In this document: positions 47,645 to 60,839 of the stretch, piece by piece | Position numbering within the stretch: position 1 is the stretch's first letter | How the letters are laid out: each line of letters starts with the position of its first letter | Assembly (NCBI GenBank): GCA_051362555.1 | Contig: CM120644.1 | Location: 21,474,534-21,538,533 of the forward strand | DNA: 64,000 nucleotides | Direction: 5' to 3' | Source: Lingula anatina | Taxonomy: Eukaryota > Animalia > Brachiopoda | Made by a program: the position numbers and the translations under genes | The notes under the pieces: model-generated | What the model was told of the DNA's origin: nothing | What the model saw: only the letters and a program-made list of their open reading frames with translations | Databases searched by the model: none

Positions 47645-50600
47645 GGACAGGTCATGATTTATGAGAAATTTGGAGCAAAAATCTTTAAAAAAATCATTTT
47701 TGATGCATACTAACGTCTTTTTGTCTCTTCCTAGACGATACTAAAAAGAGTGACCTACTTTTGGCACAAAACACATGCAGTCGCAAAATGAAGTGTGAAC
47801 AAACTTACCGCCAAATTATGAAAGTGAACACCCTCCAGAACTTCACAAGACAAAATTTATTTACATAACAGGCTCACTACTGAATATTTATTTGGTTAAA
47901 AATCTTCGTGCTCTAGAGATAAACACCGTTCCAAAAACAGAAACTACACAAGTACTGTGCAGGGTACAACAGCCAGATTGATCTGGATGAACTAGATATA
48001 TCTAGTTCGTTGTTAAGGCAACATACTGCCTGTCAATCAAATACGTTGTATGCTATCTACTACTCACTATAGAACGTGAAATCTTTGGGACTGATGATCT
48101 TGTTGAAATATTGTTTATTTGCCAAAATAAAACATGTAAATTTTGTTTGATGTTTTTTTTAATGACTTTAGTATCACCTATAGGCCTATTATTTACAGTT
48201 AAAAATTTAGTGCTGGAATATAATAAATTAACATTGCTGTCATATACCAGTGTGATATTGATGTAAGGAAGAAAATAGTAATAACAAATATGAGAATTTA
48301 AATAAAAAGGGGAACTTTTTTTATACTGATTTTATTTAACTCAATTAATAAAAAACTCAAACACATGATAACTCCTAAAAAGTTGAATTGTTAACATAAA
48401 TATAAGTAAAGTATTATAAAATGAATATTCTTTAATTTTTCATTGAACTTTATTCAAATATTATAAACTTTGAATATTTTAATAAAATTAATCTGACAGT
48501 ACCCCCTCCCCACCTGTATTTTTGTTAGCTTTGGTTAAACTTCATGTGAATTTATTATCAAATTGCAGATTTACAATTAGTAGACCCTGTACCCAAAATC
48601 CTAGGAGAAGCCCTGATTGAAACTATGTTAAATCAGACTTATATGCAAGATTAAATCTTCAGGAGTTCACAAGACTGAAGGCATCCGTAACTGTTTTTGG
48701 ATTAAAATACTCTAGATTAAGCAGAATTATCATATCAAAAACACCAAAAAGTGATATCTCAAATCTACCGGACTAGTGAATTTTTATTTTATTTCCGTTA
48801 TCAGATTTCACAATTAACTCTTATGCCTAGATTACATTAGAAAAGCGTGTCGTGCGATGAAATTAAATACGATTTTCCGTGCGTTTTTTTTTTTTTAACG
48901 ACGTACGGGCTACAGCGAATAAGTTTACATTACGGGTGGGTTAATGTTATGTTGATGTTAATCAATCACCAAAATATTTATTTTATTACGAAACAGTGTT
49001 AATTTTTACACAGATGATAAAAATCAGTCAATGGGTACACAGTGATGCTTTAAGGCCCTCTTTAAATTCTGCTGCTGCTGTGCAGAGACGGAATAAATAT
49101 AAAACATTGATGCATGTATCAGACTATCTCGAAAGTAAATCATTTTCTAGAATAAAATGGCGATTGTTTTATTCATCATTACTTTTACATTAGAGTGAGC
49201 TCCCGGTATTATTCCATTGCTGACGAAATCAATACTGGAGACGACGGTTATATTGACGCGGATAAAGAAATTAAATCCTAACTTGAGCTTAAACCTTGGT
49301 CATTATTAGTAATTTTGCCCATGCTTTAACTAAAGCGTTTTACTACAGGCAAGAGTTAAACCTGAACAGATGAACAGGTCCAGCAGTGAGGTATCATCCT
49401 CACCCGCTCTTCTCTTGATGGATGACGGCGCCCTCCTCGTGAAAAAAATTTAAATTGTTCCCACAGAAAAATGTAAAGTGCGTACTGGTGTCGCCAGACA
49501 CCTTTTTTTTTCTAGAACTTCTTCATGCCATTTTCTTCATTTTTTTCTTTTACAGATCTTGTATCAATGCTCCAACTTACACATACCCGGGCCCATCATA
49601 ATACGTTGATAAAAAACGAATAGAGCAATAAAAGATTGGTGGGGGCATTTTCTACAATAAAACACCACCGCTAAAGGTAATAATAAGAGATACCTAAATT
49701 TCTGCTCACTGTCTTTTCGCCGTCATTCGTTTTTGTCTAAATCATCATTTTGTGCATTGTCTTCAATAATTCATGAAGCCCAGATTTTGGGAGAGGGGCA
49801 ACTGCCGCAATGAAGCCCACGTAATCCTCTAGCTAATTTCATTTACAAGCACACTTACCACATCGTCACCGTAACACCAATATAAGCTCTTTCTGTAAAA
49901 TAACAACATTTCTGTCCACAATCAACTGATTTTGTAAGAAGGAAAACATGAATTGAATAACATGACTATAAACCAATGTTATGAGATATGGTATGTTTAA
50001 CCTGAAGCTAGGGGATGAACAAGGACAGTGAGAAGTCGTTCTCTGTAATGGGTTCCTGACCACTCCTCTATGTCCAACCTTATCAGTAAAATACATCAGG
50101 GGGTGTTCCATGCAAAGTAAGTGTCTCGTCTGTCAAGCTGCAGGCAAATATGACATCAGTGCAAACATTGAATCGCCGAGTAGGAGAAGGGGGGAGGGGC
50201 ATTGAAAACATTACTCACTTGAAGTTGGCCATGGACTGACTGACTGTGGTCTCGGTCCTCAATGCAATATATCAAAAACTTGTTTATAAATATGTAAGGG
50301 GTAAAGATATTAACAGGGCCCATCATCCTCTTCTCCGCTAAGAACTGACGTGGCTGAATAGGCTCCTACCCCCCCCCCCGCCCCTGCAAGTATTTTTCTC
50401 AGCCTATTGTCCTCATCGCATAGAAATAAATAAATACGGTGTTAGGTGTGTGTGATGTAATCAGGGCGCTGGAAATGACTTTTATTTTATTTATTTATTT
50501 ATTTATTTATTTGTTTTGGAAATTTTTAAGGTCAGACTGAAAGAGTGCTTTCTTATGCAAGAATGAAAACTTACAGAATATCTCTAAACCGAAATCATAA

Positions 50601-51004
50601 AAATGGAGATACACATAATAAACGAGTCTGCTTTCTCTGAATTTCGTTATTTGCATCACAGGCTGATGATTAAAAAAAAGGTAGACATGAAGACATTTAA
50701 CGTGAACATAAATTTGTGTTGTACTAATATGCGAATATAGAGATGAAACTGAGTATGTCTTTTTACTGGAAGCAACTACACTGGGTTGATTTCACAACTC
50801 AAATTTTCAGTCAATGCAGATAAGGAAATGACAGAAAAAGTCAAACTGAAATGATACACCAAACGAAACCAATGAATATTGTCACAGAAAAGCAAAGTGT
50901 ACATAAAAAGGGCCAATACATTATCTTTAATGTGGTTTTTAATACTTCTAATTATTATCTATTTTGACCTAGAATTTAACATATGTATTACTGCAAACTT
51001 AATT

Positions 51005-51385
51005 TATAATAATAATAATAATAATTTATTGAGCACATGAAATGAGTGTACATTTATAGGCTCTCTTCACTACTAATTATAATATACTTAAGTTTAAATA
51101 CATGTACATAGTAATAATAAAAGTTAAAGTGTAAAACCAGGTGTCATCTCATTTTGGGTAGCTTCCGTTTTCTCATAGCACTGTTTATAAACTTAACAAG
51201 TGCCGACACACCTCTCTCATTTGACACATTTAATAGGGCGGATAGTGTATCGTCTGCTAGACCCTGCAAATTTACCTCTGGTAAGGCAGCAAATAATGTT
51301 TCTCTGTCTAGTTTATAAGTAGTGCACTCAAGAAAAAAGTGAACTTCATCTTCCACTGCATTACAGTGAGGACACTTTCTTTATT
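51005..51385 (-). mobile_element. 5'-truncated LINE 3' end (C-terminal CCHC finger, 3' UTR, (ATT)n tail)
   Basis: Translation gives KCPHCNAVEDEVHFFLECTTY, and the tail is GTGCTCAATAAATTATTATTATT. The same tail occurs on the + strand at ~51917-51947. Confidence 0.8.
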
Positions 51386-51951
51386 ATCGTGTATTTATTT
51401 ATTATTTTATCTATTTTCCTCTTGTGGGTAATTAACCTTTGCCTTATTCCCCTTTTCTTTCAATCCGGGTCAAAACACTCCTTGCCATAGAGTTGCTGTG
51501 TACATGTAACTGAAGGATAGCCTTTGGAGTCTACAATACAAAGTAAAATGTGTCCCTCAGCAAGGTGGGACTACAGAGCTATACTGGCGAAGAGCAGATT
51601 TGCAATTTCTTTTGGATTTCAAACTCTTTCCTTTGCTCTCAATCTTCTAAACATCTAAACTGAACAGTCCCCCTGCCGACAAGCTCCAACAGCAAGCGTA
51701 GCTTTGACTAATTTATAACATAACTAAAAAACTGCCTGCTTGTATAGAAATGTAAGACCGAGACTTTTTAATTTAAACACGGGCACCCTAAACCATTTGT
51801 GTAACATTACATAAGTATAATTTTTTTCCTCTCTTTCATTTACTTACTATCCTTACTATCTTTCCATATGTATAATGTATAGTAGCTAGAGAGCCTCTAA
51901 ATGTAAAAACATTTCAGTGCTCAATAAATTATTATTATTATTATTATAAAC

Positions 51952-52119
51952 CAGGGGCGGATTTAGGCTGTCTTCTGGGTCTTCCGGAAGAGGGTCAGAT
52001 TTTCAAGTTTACATTGTCGGGCATCTAATATTTTCTATCGGAAGACGGTCAAAAATGGAGGATGGATCAACAAAGATAATTTGGAAGACTGTCAGAAAAT
52101 ATCTCTGGATCCGCCCCTG
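51952..52119 (+). mobile_element. hAT-like MITE copy 3
   Basis: CAGGGGCGGAT ... ATCCGCCCCTG, with flanks ATAAAC / CTAAAC. Confidence 0.85.
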
Positions 52120-53225
52120 CTAAACTGTAAAAAAATATCTGTGTATTGAACACGTCTATACACTGTATTTACTCATTAAAAACGTCCGGAGGTTGGCGCG
52201 GTAAACAATTACACTGCTTCATTTATAGATAACAACACTGACTATATTTCAAACAAGAAAAGTTGAAAAAAAGGAGTTAACGTTTGAGTTTTTCTATAAA
52301 CAGTACCCAATGTCCGTCAAAAGAACTGTATTTAAGCTTTTGCTTTAAGATAATGATTTCCTGTTTATATTTGAATATGAATAAGCTTTAATTATTTTCC
52401 TGTACAGTTCTCTTTCAAAAGAACGGAAGGAAAACTCTTTAAACTGTCTTATTTGATGAAAAAGTTTCATATCGACAGCTGAATGTAAATAAACGATATT
52501 TTAGTTCTAAGTCACCGCTGTAATCATATACTCTTCGAAAATACCCCTCTCATGTGGGAAGTGGGTGTGACGCTTATTTCTTTTTATAGCCAAAATCGAA
52601 TTCTCCGAGTAGAGCGACCCATCGTGGCATATTTAACCTCGGCCTCGGGCTGATCACTTGGCATGTTGAATTCCACGAGACTTTCAGGGGAGAGGTTCTT
52701 GGTGATCGTGTACGCCACTAACTCAACCAACTCCACACAGTCTCACCACAGCGGTGTGCGGAACTCATGGCACACTGTAATTTAAAATCTGGTAGAACAA
52801 AATTATGTAAAGAATATTTTTGGAAATAAGCAAACAAGTAAACAAAAATTAATAAACAAAAATATAAAAAGCTAAATAAATATATAAATAACACGGTGTA
52901 GATATATAAATAAAAAAGAATGAAAGAAAGATAAAAAATGAAAAAATGAAAAGAAAAATACTGCAAATGGAGTGAAAATTATTTCCTTCCTGCAGTTTCA
53001 CAAAAGTCAATTATTATAAACAGAATGCGACTATAATATGATGAATACATTGAGTCTTTAGTTTCTTATATATTGTATACCTTTAAATCACTCAACTAGC
53101 TGACGCCGGAATACATATAGTTCTTTTCCCTCCTCTCGCCTATATCTTAATTTTATTATGTAAATAATCCTGGGGACAGTCCTGCGTTTTCATTGTTAGA
53201 CAGCTATACTTGATCACCAGTATGA

Positions 53226-53445
53226 TGATTGACGTTTGTATATATAACTGCCAATCAAGCCATCCACTTTTAATAGCTTTGATTGGCACCTCTCAATCAC
53301 AGGAAGTAAAAGCTCTTTTGCAGCATAATTGTGATTGACGTTTGTTTAACTAACCGTCAATCAAGCTGTCAAATTTGACAGCTTTGATTGACACCTATCA
53401 ATCACAGGAAATAAGAGTTCTTTGGCGGTATGGATGTGATTGACG
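53226..53445. repeat. ~106-bp tandem repeat (2 copies plus start of a third) with an internal palindrome
   Basis: TGATTGACG occurs at 53226, 53332 and 53437. Copy 2 contains TCAATCAAGCTGTCAAA-TTTGACAGCTTTGATTGA. Confidence 0.8.
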
Positions 53446-56400
53446 ATCACGAGATGTTAGAGTTCTTTTATTCTACAAAGAAATTGTAGGAGCTGTCCGC
53501 AATGGACAGATTCCCCCGGAACCGGAATTTTTAAAGCAAGGTTTATACAAAGGAAAGAAAAGCAGGGTAATCTCATATAGTATTATGTGCTCTCATTGAG
53601 GGAACAAAAGAAAATATATGTTATTTATACATAAGCCGGTATATACCAAAAATAGAAATAGAAACAGTCACAAGTATAGTAGCCAACCAAATAGATGAAT
53701 AAAGGAACAAAGAAATATATGGAAAGAATTATTTACACACCAAAAATGCATGAATAAAAAAATCAAAGATAATAACCATGAGGCTTTTTTTTTTTTTTTT
53801 TTGCTATTCTCAAACTTACTGGAGTAATTCGTGTTATGATAAATACAGTCCATGTTCGAATTGCAGATATATTTGGTCTTTTTCCTTAAATTACCCCGCT
53901 TTTTCACTTTTCTGTTATACTTTATAATATAAGACTTGTTAATGCAATAAATGGAAAACCCCGTGACTTATCATACTGAAATTTACAGAAGCACTTTTTA
54001 GCATGAGTATTAGAATACAACGGCAAATGTCAGCTTTATCGGACCATTTTTTGGCGAAGGTTATCCCATGTCTCCCCCTTCCTTCGAATGGAATGTGTCG
54101 TCTCTCCTGACGCTCTGCGTTCCGTTGCTGTTATAGCTACAGCTTGCTCGAGTCCGTCTTAACACTTTCTTGCAAAAATAATTTGTAATCAGCTATACAT
54201 ACATACATACAGTATTCTGGCGTTAAAGAATCTAGATATGATTTGAGTCGCTACGAGAGAAAATAATAAAGCTTGATAAAAGTATTGATCAAATAGCCCG
54301 GTGATCATAAATAAAAAGCGTGTTATTATAATTAGGTAAAATTTACAAATAATTAGCTTCAGTTGTTTCGGCTTCTCGATCCTAGACAACGTCTTGACGT
54401 GAATTTCCAGAGAATAAAGTGGCAGAGGCCTCAAGTACTGTTATCACTGTTATATGGTAAGGCCTACTCTTTTTTCATATAAACGAAATTCAAGAAATTT
54501 GGACACTTTTGAAATAAGTGCATTCAGTACAAAAAGTTTCGAGTATTAAAAAAATCATTATATTACTCCGGAGAAATTATAAGAAAAATTATCATATCAG
54601 CGTCCTCTATCATTTATGGCTGTCTTCACTAGCGCAATATGATGAAATTAATGGATATTGTCACAATCATGTTGAGACAGACTCTGAGGTCAAATAGCAT
54701 TAAAACTTTTGTAACTCAACTTCCTCTAGCGTTCGTTGTGTGTAAAAACGCTAATTTCAATGAAAAATGCCGATGATTTCTTCCTTTTTAAATTTTTCAA
54801 AATTCAATTTCAAGACATGATAGACGACTATGTAAGCTTCATTTTTATTCATTGGGCAACATTTCAGAGGAAGAATTTGTAGAGTAAATCAGCGGTAAAT
54901 TATAACGTCACGGTGATTTTCTAGCATAACAACAGCATAATATTTGCTGGAACTTATTTTAATTTTGTAGCGTTGACGCTCTGCCAGTCAATTTTCTAGT
55001 GCCACGTTTTTAGTAATGGCGCTCTTTCTCAATAGACGTCATCTTTGAATTCGAAGTTCATCTTTGTGAATTGCTGTAGTTGAAACATACGGTAGTTGTA
55101 TAAGTAGAAAAGATAAATCTGTACATTTTTTACAGACAAAAGAAGTAAAAGTTTGTATAACCTGGTGTGTTAAAGTTAAAGGACACTGGTAAACACCCGG
55201 AGGCACTCAAAACCCAATTTCCCCGACTCTCCCAAACCTTTTATACCATCATCCATACCTTCTCCCCATCATTTTTTGTGCCGTTTTATTTCAACATATT
55301 TCCTTTTAATCCAACTTTCTCTATTGAATGGTTTGTCGACATCTAATTTAAACTAAAATGTCATATTGTCATTTCAAATGGCTTATTAGGTAATTTCTTT
55401 CTGAACTTTTCCTCCCCTCTCCCCACCTCGCGTTATGTCTTCACTAACACAATTGGCTGATATTTGTGGAGCCGTCACAATCATTGTTGAGACAGCATCA
55501 GAGTCAAAACATCGCAGTCCAATGGCTCATTACCCTTATTAAAACAGATTGTTCATTTGTTAGTATACAGTATATATACAGACTGGTTGGTGTTCTTTTC
55601 TCGAAAAATAGACTTCGTGTCTGGATTAACACAGGCGTGAAATTGTGAACTTTGTCCGAAACTGTTCATGCATGTTTTCAATACCATATAAAATGAAAAA
55701 ATTGCATTTATCAAATTTAATTTTAATTGTGCAGGTAAAAATATTAAATAAATGTAATCCTCTGCCCGTCCCATGTCCCTAAAACTGTAAATCTAAAACC
55801 AGCTGCCGAGTTTCTGATCGTAGTATTTTTGTATTTTCCTCCAGATGGCGCTATCGTACGGTCTAGTTGGTCAAACAGCCAAAACTGCTCAGATATTAAA
55901 ATCAGTGTACCATATTGAGACATATCAAGATAGCCAGTGATCCACATAATGTCGTTTCATTTTGGGTGGATAAGGGTCTGAAGTTAATTTTCGTCTGGTA
56001 TTTTTTGAAATATACTGAACACAAACTCGTCCCATGTATTTTTAATGTTGTAAATTACAAATGAAGTTTCATCCGTAAAATATTGGTGAGAGTTGAAAAG
56101 GAAAGGCGGTCACTTCAGCCTGCCACCTCCCCCTACCATGAATGTAATGGCCTGGAAGGAGACGTCACTGCCTCAGTGCTGAGTGATCAGGAAGTGGAGC
56201 GAAGGCGGCTTAGATATTAAGTATACGATTATCGTAATTTCAGCCATGTCAATATAACGTTTTAAGAAACCAATGTTAGGTATTTGGTGATAAGTTACTT
56301 GTGATTTATTTTTGAAAAGTATTTTGACACCCGTTTGTTTAAAAGCGGTTTTGACTATTTCCCAACATTTTCCCCACGTAGGCCTACCATTTATTTCCTC

Positions 56401-58052
56401 CTTCACTTCATCTCATCAAGTCTCATAAAACAAAGGAAGATGCAGTTGCACTTCATGTTCAGTATTTTGACCTTCCTCTGTAGATATAGTAGTGGCAGTG
56501 GAAGTTTACCGTGAGAAATGGCCAAGGAGGGGAAAATGCTGTGAAATGTCTTGTGAGGGTCTGGCTATTGACATGTTGATATTTACACGTACCCGGTAGT
56601 GAGCGGTTGGTAGTGGAATTATAAAATTTAATATACACTTCCATTTCGAATATTGGCAAGATTTCATAAATTAATATATAATATTTCATTGCATTAAAAT
56701 GTGTGAGCTAAATTGAAGTTGTATTGATTTCTGCGTGACATATTATAATATCAACCTTTCAAGACATAAGGAGCGAACGTGTTTTTTTTTCAATAACATT
56801 ACGAATTTACGAATTAAATGTAACATATTTAAAACGTAATGATATATCAGAATGCATGGTCATCAGTTAAAAACTTGCTTTATTGTATTGAAATATGTTC
56901 TATACTATCGTAGTGTCAAGTTTGTCACACGTGACAAGTAAAATGATACTATTTGTGGTATTCTTTGAAGCAAGACAGCAGGGGATGACTTTCTAGTTCA
57001 GATGGGAATTAAGTACGCAAAAATACACAAATTTTATGTCGGTTTAAAGCAGAATATTTTTCTATAATATTCAGAATTCTGTAATATTGAGTTTCACCTA
57101 AATCACCAAGGGACACATTACCGAAATCGTTGATAAATTCTACAAGTCCTTTGTCGAATTCTTAATTTCTCTTTTTACCAGCGTGAGTGCATTCTTCAGT
57201 CTGATTCTCAAAATTGACTGAAATCTAGAATATATCGACTGGCGCTCATTGTGTGTCTCTCTTTTAATGTTCAGATGAGAAAAAAGGATTATCGTCTCTT
57301 GAAATTTGCTGTCTTGTTGAGTAAGAGATGTCATTTTACGAATTAAGATTGATTATTTTGTGTTACAAGTGAAGTATGTAGAATAAATTCCATTTGAGAA
57401 AAATTTCCATTTGAGAAATATCCCTTCTTGAAAAGCTGATTTCGTACATGTAAATGCCCTTCACATGACGGAAAAGAAACTACTTTCGTGTTTTACTTAT
57501 CTCTGAACGTATAGTTCTTACAATGTAAAATATGACACGTTTTATCATGAAAAATAACTGATATGTTTGCCATTAATCTGTCAAACAAATACATGTTCTG
57601 GGTAAAGATGATGGGACAATTAATGTGATTGAAAATTATTTTATTTTTCAAATTTAACTGTTTTAAGCAATTTTCTCTAACCAGCATCTTTCCTTCTTTT
57701 GACCAGATGATGCAGAAATTAGGGATATTTTCTCGTCTTTTGTTTTTGTCATTAAGAACAAACATAAGACCATTAGTGTGGTAGATAGTTTATTTGTCAA
57801 GTCGAATATATAAGAATGTTATATTTTTACACCTGTAATTGAATTTAAATACAGACATCTTAATATTATACTATAATATCATGATATTCTTTTAGTTATT
57901 AGAACGCTTTTTAACTTGTAGTAATAAAAAGAATGAAGACAATGATATGTTACAGATATGTTTTATAAACAATTGAATACATAAAAGCAATCTGTATTTC
58001 TCTGAATAAAAAACTTATTAAATATATACAAAATGTCTTAGTGTTTTTACTG

Positions 58053-58430
58053 ATGGCTACATGGCTCAGTGGTAGCCGGGGGTTGGGGTTCGATTCCTGG
58101 CTCGGGCACTTTGGAATTACAAAGGTGTGCTATTAGAATTTTTTCTTTGGTTACTATAAGAAGAAAGTCTACCCGGGGAGGGTGGGTGGGAACAGTTAGA
58201 GGAGTAGGTAACGCGCTTGCCTCTCAGACAGAAGGTCCCCAGTTCGATTCCTGGCGCTTCTAGGTCCCAGCAAATTACCTTTTGCAAAAATAAACCCAAA
58301 TAAACAATTTAGACTACTACAAGAGGATCATACGAACGTAAAAAGGCAAGTTGAGGCAGTGGCTCAATAGGTAAGGCGACAGACGAAGAAGACGACAAAG
58401 TTGATAACCACAGGTTCGAGTTGAGCTGAA
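58053..58430 (+). repeat. cluster of three degenerate tRNA-like (SINE head / pseudo-tRNA) sequences
   Basis: TGGCTCAGTGG..GGTTCGATTCC (58062-58097), AGGAGTAGGTAACGCGCTTGCCTCTCAG..AGTTCGATTCC (58200-58251) and TGGCTCAATAGG..GGTTCGAGT (58360-58421). Confidence 0.55.
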
Positions 58431-60686
58431 GAAAAGAAAGTCAGGGATGAAGATGTGACATTTTACACATTTTGAAACTACATCTATTAAAAATTTAATG
58501 TACGTTTATTTTACAGATACAAGCAAATATTCCACTATACAGATCTATGCAAAACCCATACATTACTTTATGGCTCTACATAAAAAGTAATTTTCATAAC
58601 GACTTCGCATTTCGAGATGTAAATCAAGCTTAAATACAACTATCTAAAACTTAATGTGTCGGAGGTTCTGTGCATTTTGAAAATTATCGTTTAAGATCAA
58701 TCGTTTTGGTTTTTAACAGTGTCCAAGAACACTGCATACGAGACCATATAATACTGACCAGAACAAGAAATTCTCAGGTTTTTGCTGCGACTTAAAAGAG
58801 AAAGTTGAAGATTTGAAGTGAAGTATTTTACAGCCATTGTTCAAAGTTGACATTGGTGTATTTGTCTTGTGACCGATCCAAAATTTCAACGAGGGACATT
58901 TTTATCCAAATTCAAAGGTGGTATCAAATTGATAATTCAAAATGCATATGATCTCATGTAAGCGTTACCCCCGCACGCGGGAACACACACACGACCCCAC
59001 AACTTACTCTATGTCGCCATGCTGATGATCACACACAACACCAAACAGCAGTCAAACATTATTCAATTCTGTAAATTTGATGTGTGCTTTTCTCATAGAT
59101 AAATATGTACCTCGTATTTGGCGCCATCTTTTCTTTTCTTCAAATCTTAAAATAGGATTTTGGTGGTACAATTTTGAGTGAACTCTTAAATCTATGCGTC
59201 GTGCGAATCAAGAACAGCATGAAGACATGGTCAGTTTACAACCTTATCCCATATTAAGAACAATATGTAAACAAAATTGAAAAGGTTATGCAAAAACAAG
59301 TCTAGCTTACTTAAAATAACTAATCACATTTACTCAGAAAACGCTAATAAACTCAAAGATCTCGGGTGTTCAGTGATCAAGAAACACTCAGTAAAAATAA
59401 CCCAACAGTATGTGCAGGACTGGCACCTAATCGGACCTTTTGTTCTCAATCACCCAACATTAAATAAAACTCTGACCTTCCAATTTTGTGTAAAACTTAC
59501 TCTAACCAACCAAAGTGTCATTTTTCTGATAGTATTTTGATTTTTTATATTTGATAAGACAAAAAAATCACAAAAAAGGGATTTTTAGACGATAAGTCAG
59601 TTAATTGGCAATTGACAGAAAAAAATCATATTTTAGAGGATTGACAAGAGTTGACAGTCTACAAAAGTTCGTTTAATTACTAGGAAATACCCATTACCCC
59701 CAAAACAGAGCTTTGCGACAACTGTAGTTTTTGATACGAGTTTGATAAGGATTTTTCAAAATTTCAAGTTGTAAAAGATGCGATAAATGCCAGTCCTACA
59801 TATATATTTTAATTGACAAAAGATGCAAAAGGAAACACTTCCTACTATTCACCGTTTCTCTTTGTGAACAGTTCCGCTATGTAATGAAGGTAAAAGTTAA
59901 TTGTCCTTTTTTAATAAAAAAACTTATTAATTTTGAAAAAAAAAAAAAAAAACTAAACCAACCCCTGGTTTGATTTTCTGAAAATACAAACACTTCTACC
60001 CCATCCCAACAATAAAACTATGGGTCTATCACTGACACACTACTAGTATATCATAACACCGGGAACCAAAGGAAGTTTATTCTTACCATATTCACAATTC
60101 TAAAAAGACCCGTTTTAATACGTGTGAGCAATTCTGCAATAACTTGAGCACATTTTACAATTTTATACTGCCGTTAATTATTCATTGCATAATTTGGATC
60201 ACAACGTTTACAGTTTATTGTAGATTTACATCTCGTTCATTTCTTTCATTGAACCCACAAAAAAATCCCTGTATGCATTTTACGTAATGAAGTCGCGACT
60301 ATTTTTTTCTAAAGTTAGCTTCATTAAAATCAATATTTGTATCCGATTAATATGAATAAACGTGCATTTTCGTGTCTTATTACATATTTGCCCACAAACA
60401 AAATTTTACAATAAAACATTAAATCGATCGTACTAGCACAGTGCTCTACCTGCACATCACTTGATGATAATTTTACAACAATTAATCTTATTTTCATAGA
60501 TCACTTAAACAAGTCACTTTTTTGTTTAAGGATAACTTCAAAAGTGTCGTTTCAGGTTCGGGAACTGGTGGGTATGAACAAAAAATAAATAAATATAAAA
60601 AATATATCACAATGAAAACATCGTGTGCGGATAGAGTGCTGTACTACAACTTATTTACACATGTATAATAATAAACGAGCAAGGTG

Positions 60687-60839
60687 CAGGGCTGACGCTT
60701 GGATTTAGTCCATTTTATTAGAAGTTTCATGAATAAAACATCTGTTGCACACTGCACTTCATTCGATACACGTTTTGATGCAGAAAATTACAACCCAAAG
60801 CAAACATTGCATTTCAAACCAAATCAAATGTCAGCCCTG
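60687..60839. mobile_element. MITE with a 10-bp TIR and a probable 7-bp TSD
   Basis: CAGGGCTGAC ... GTCAGCCCTG, with flanks CAAGGTG / CAAGTTG. Confidence 0.6.

Noticed and set aside
52718-53907. Hydrophobic F/I/L-rich ORFs resembling membrane proteins
   Set aside because: They are translations of A/T-rich low-complexity DNA.
57640-59300. LINE fragments (WSKEGKMLVRE, ORF1-like; YVNKIEKVMQ, CR1-like)
   Set aside because: The motifs are too short and degenerate to support a call without a search.
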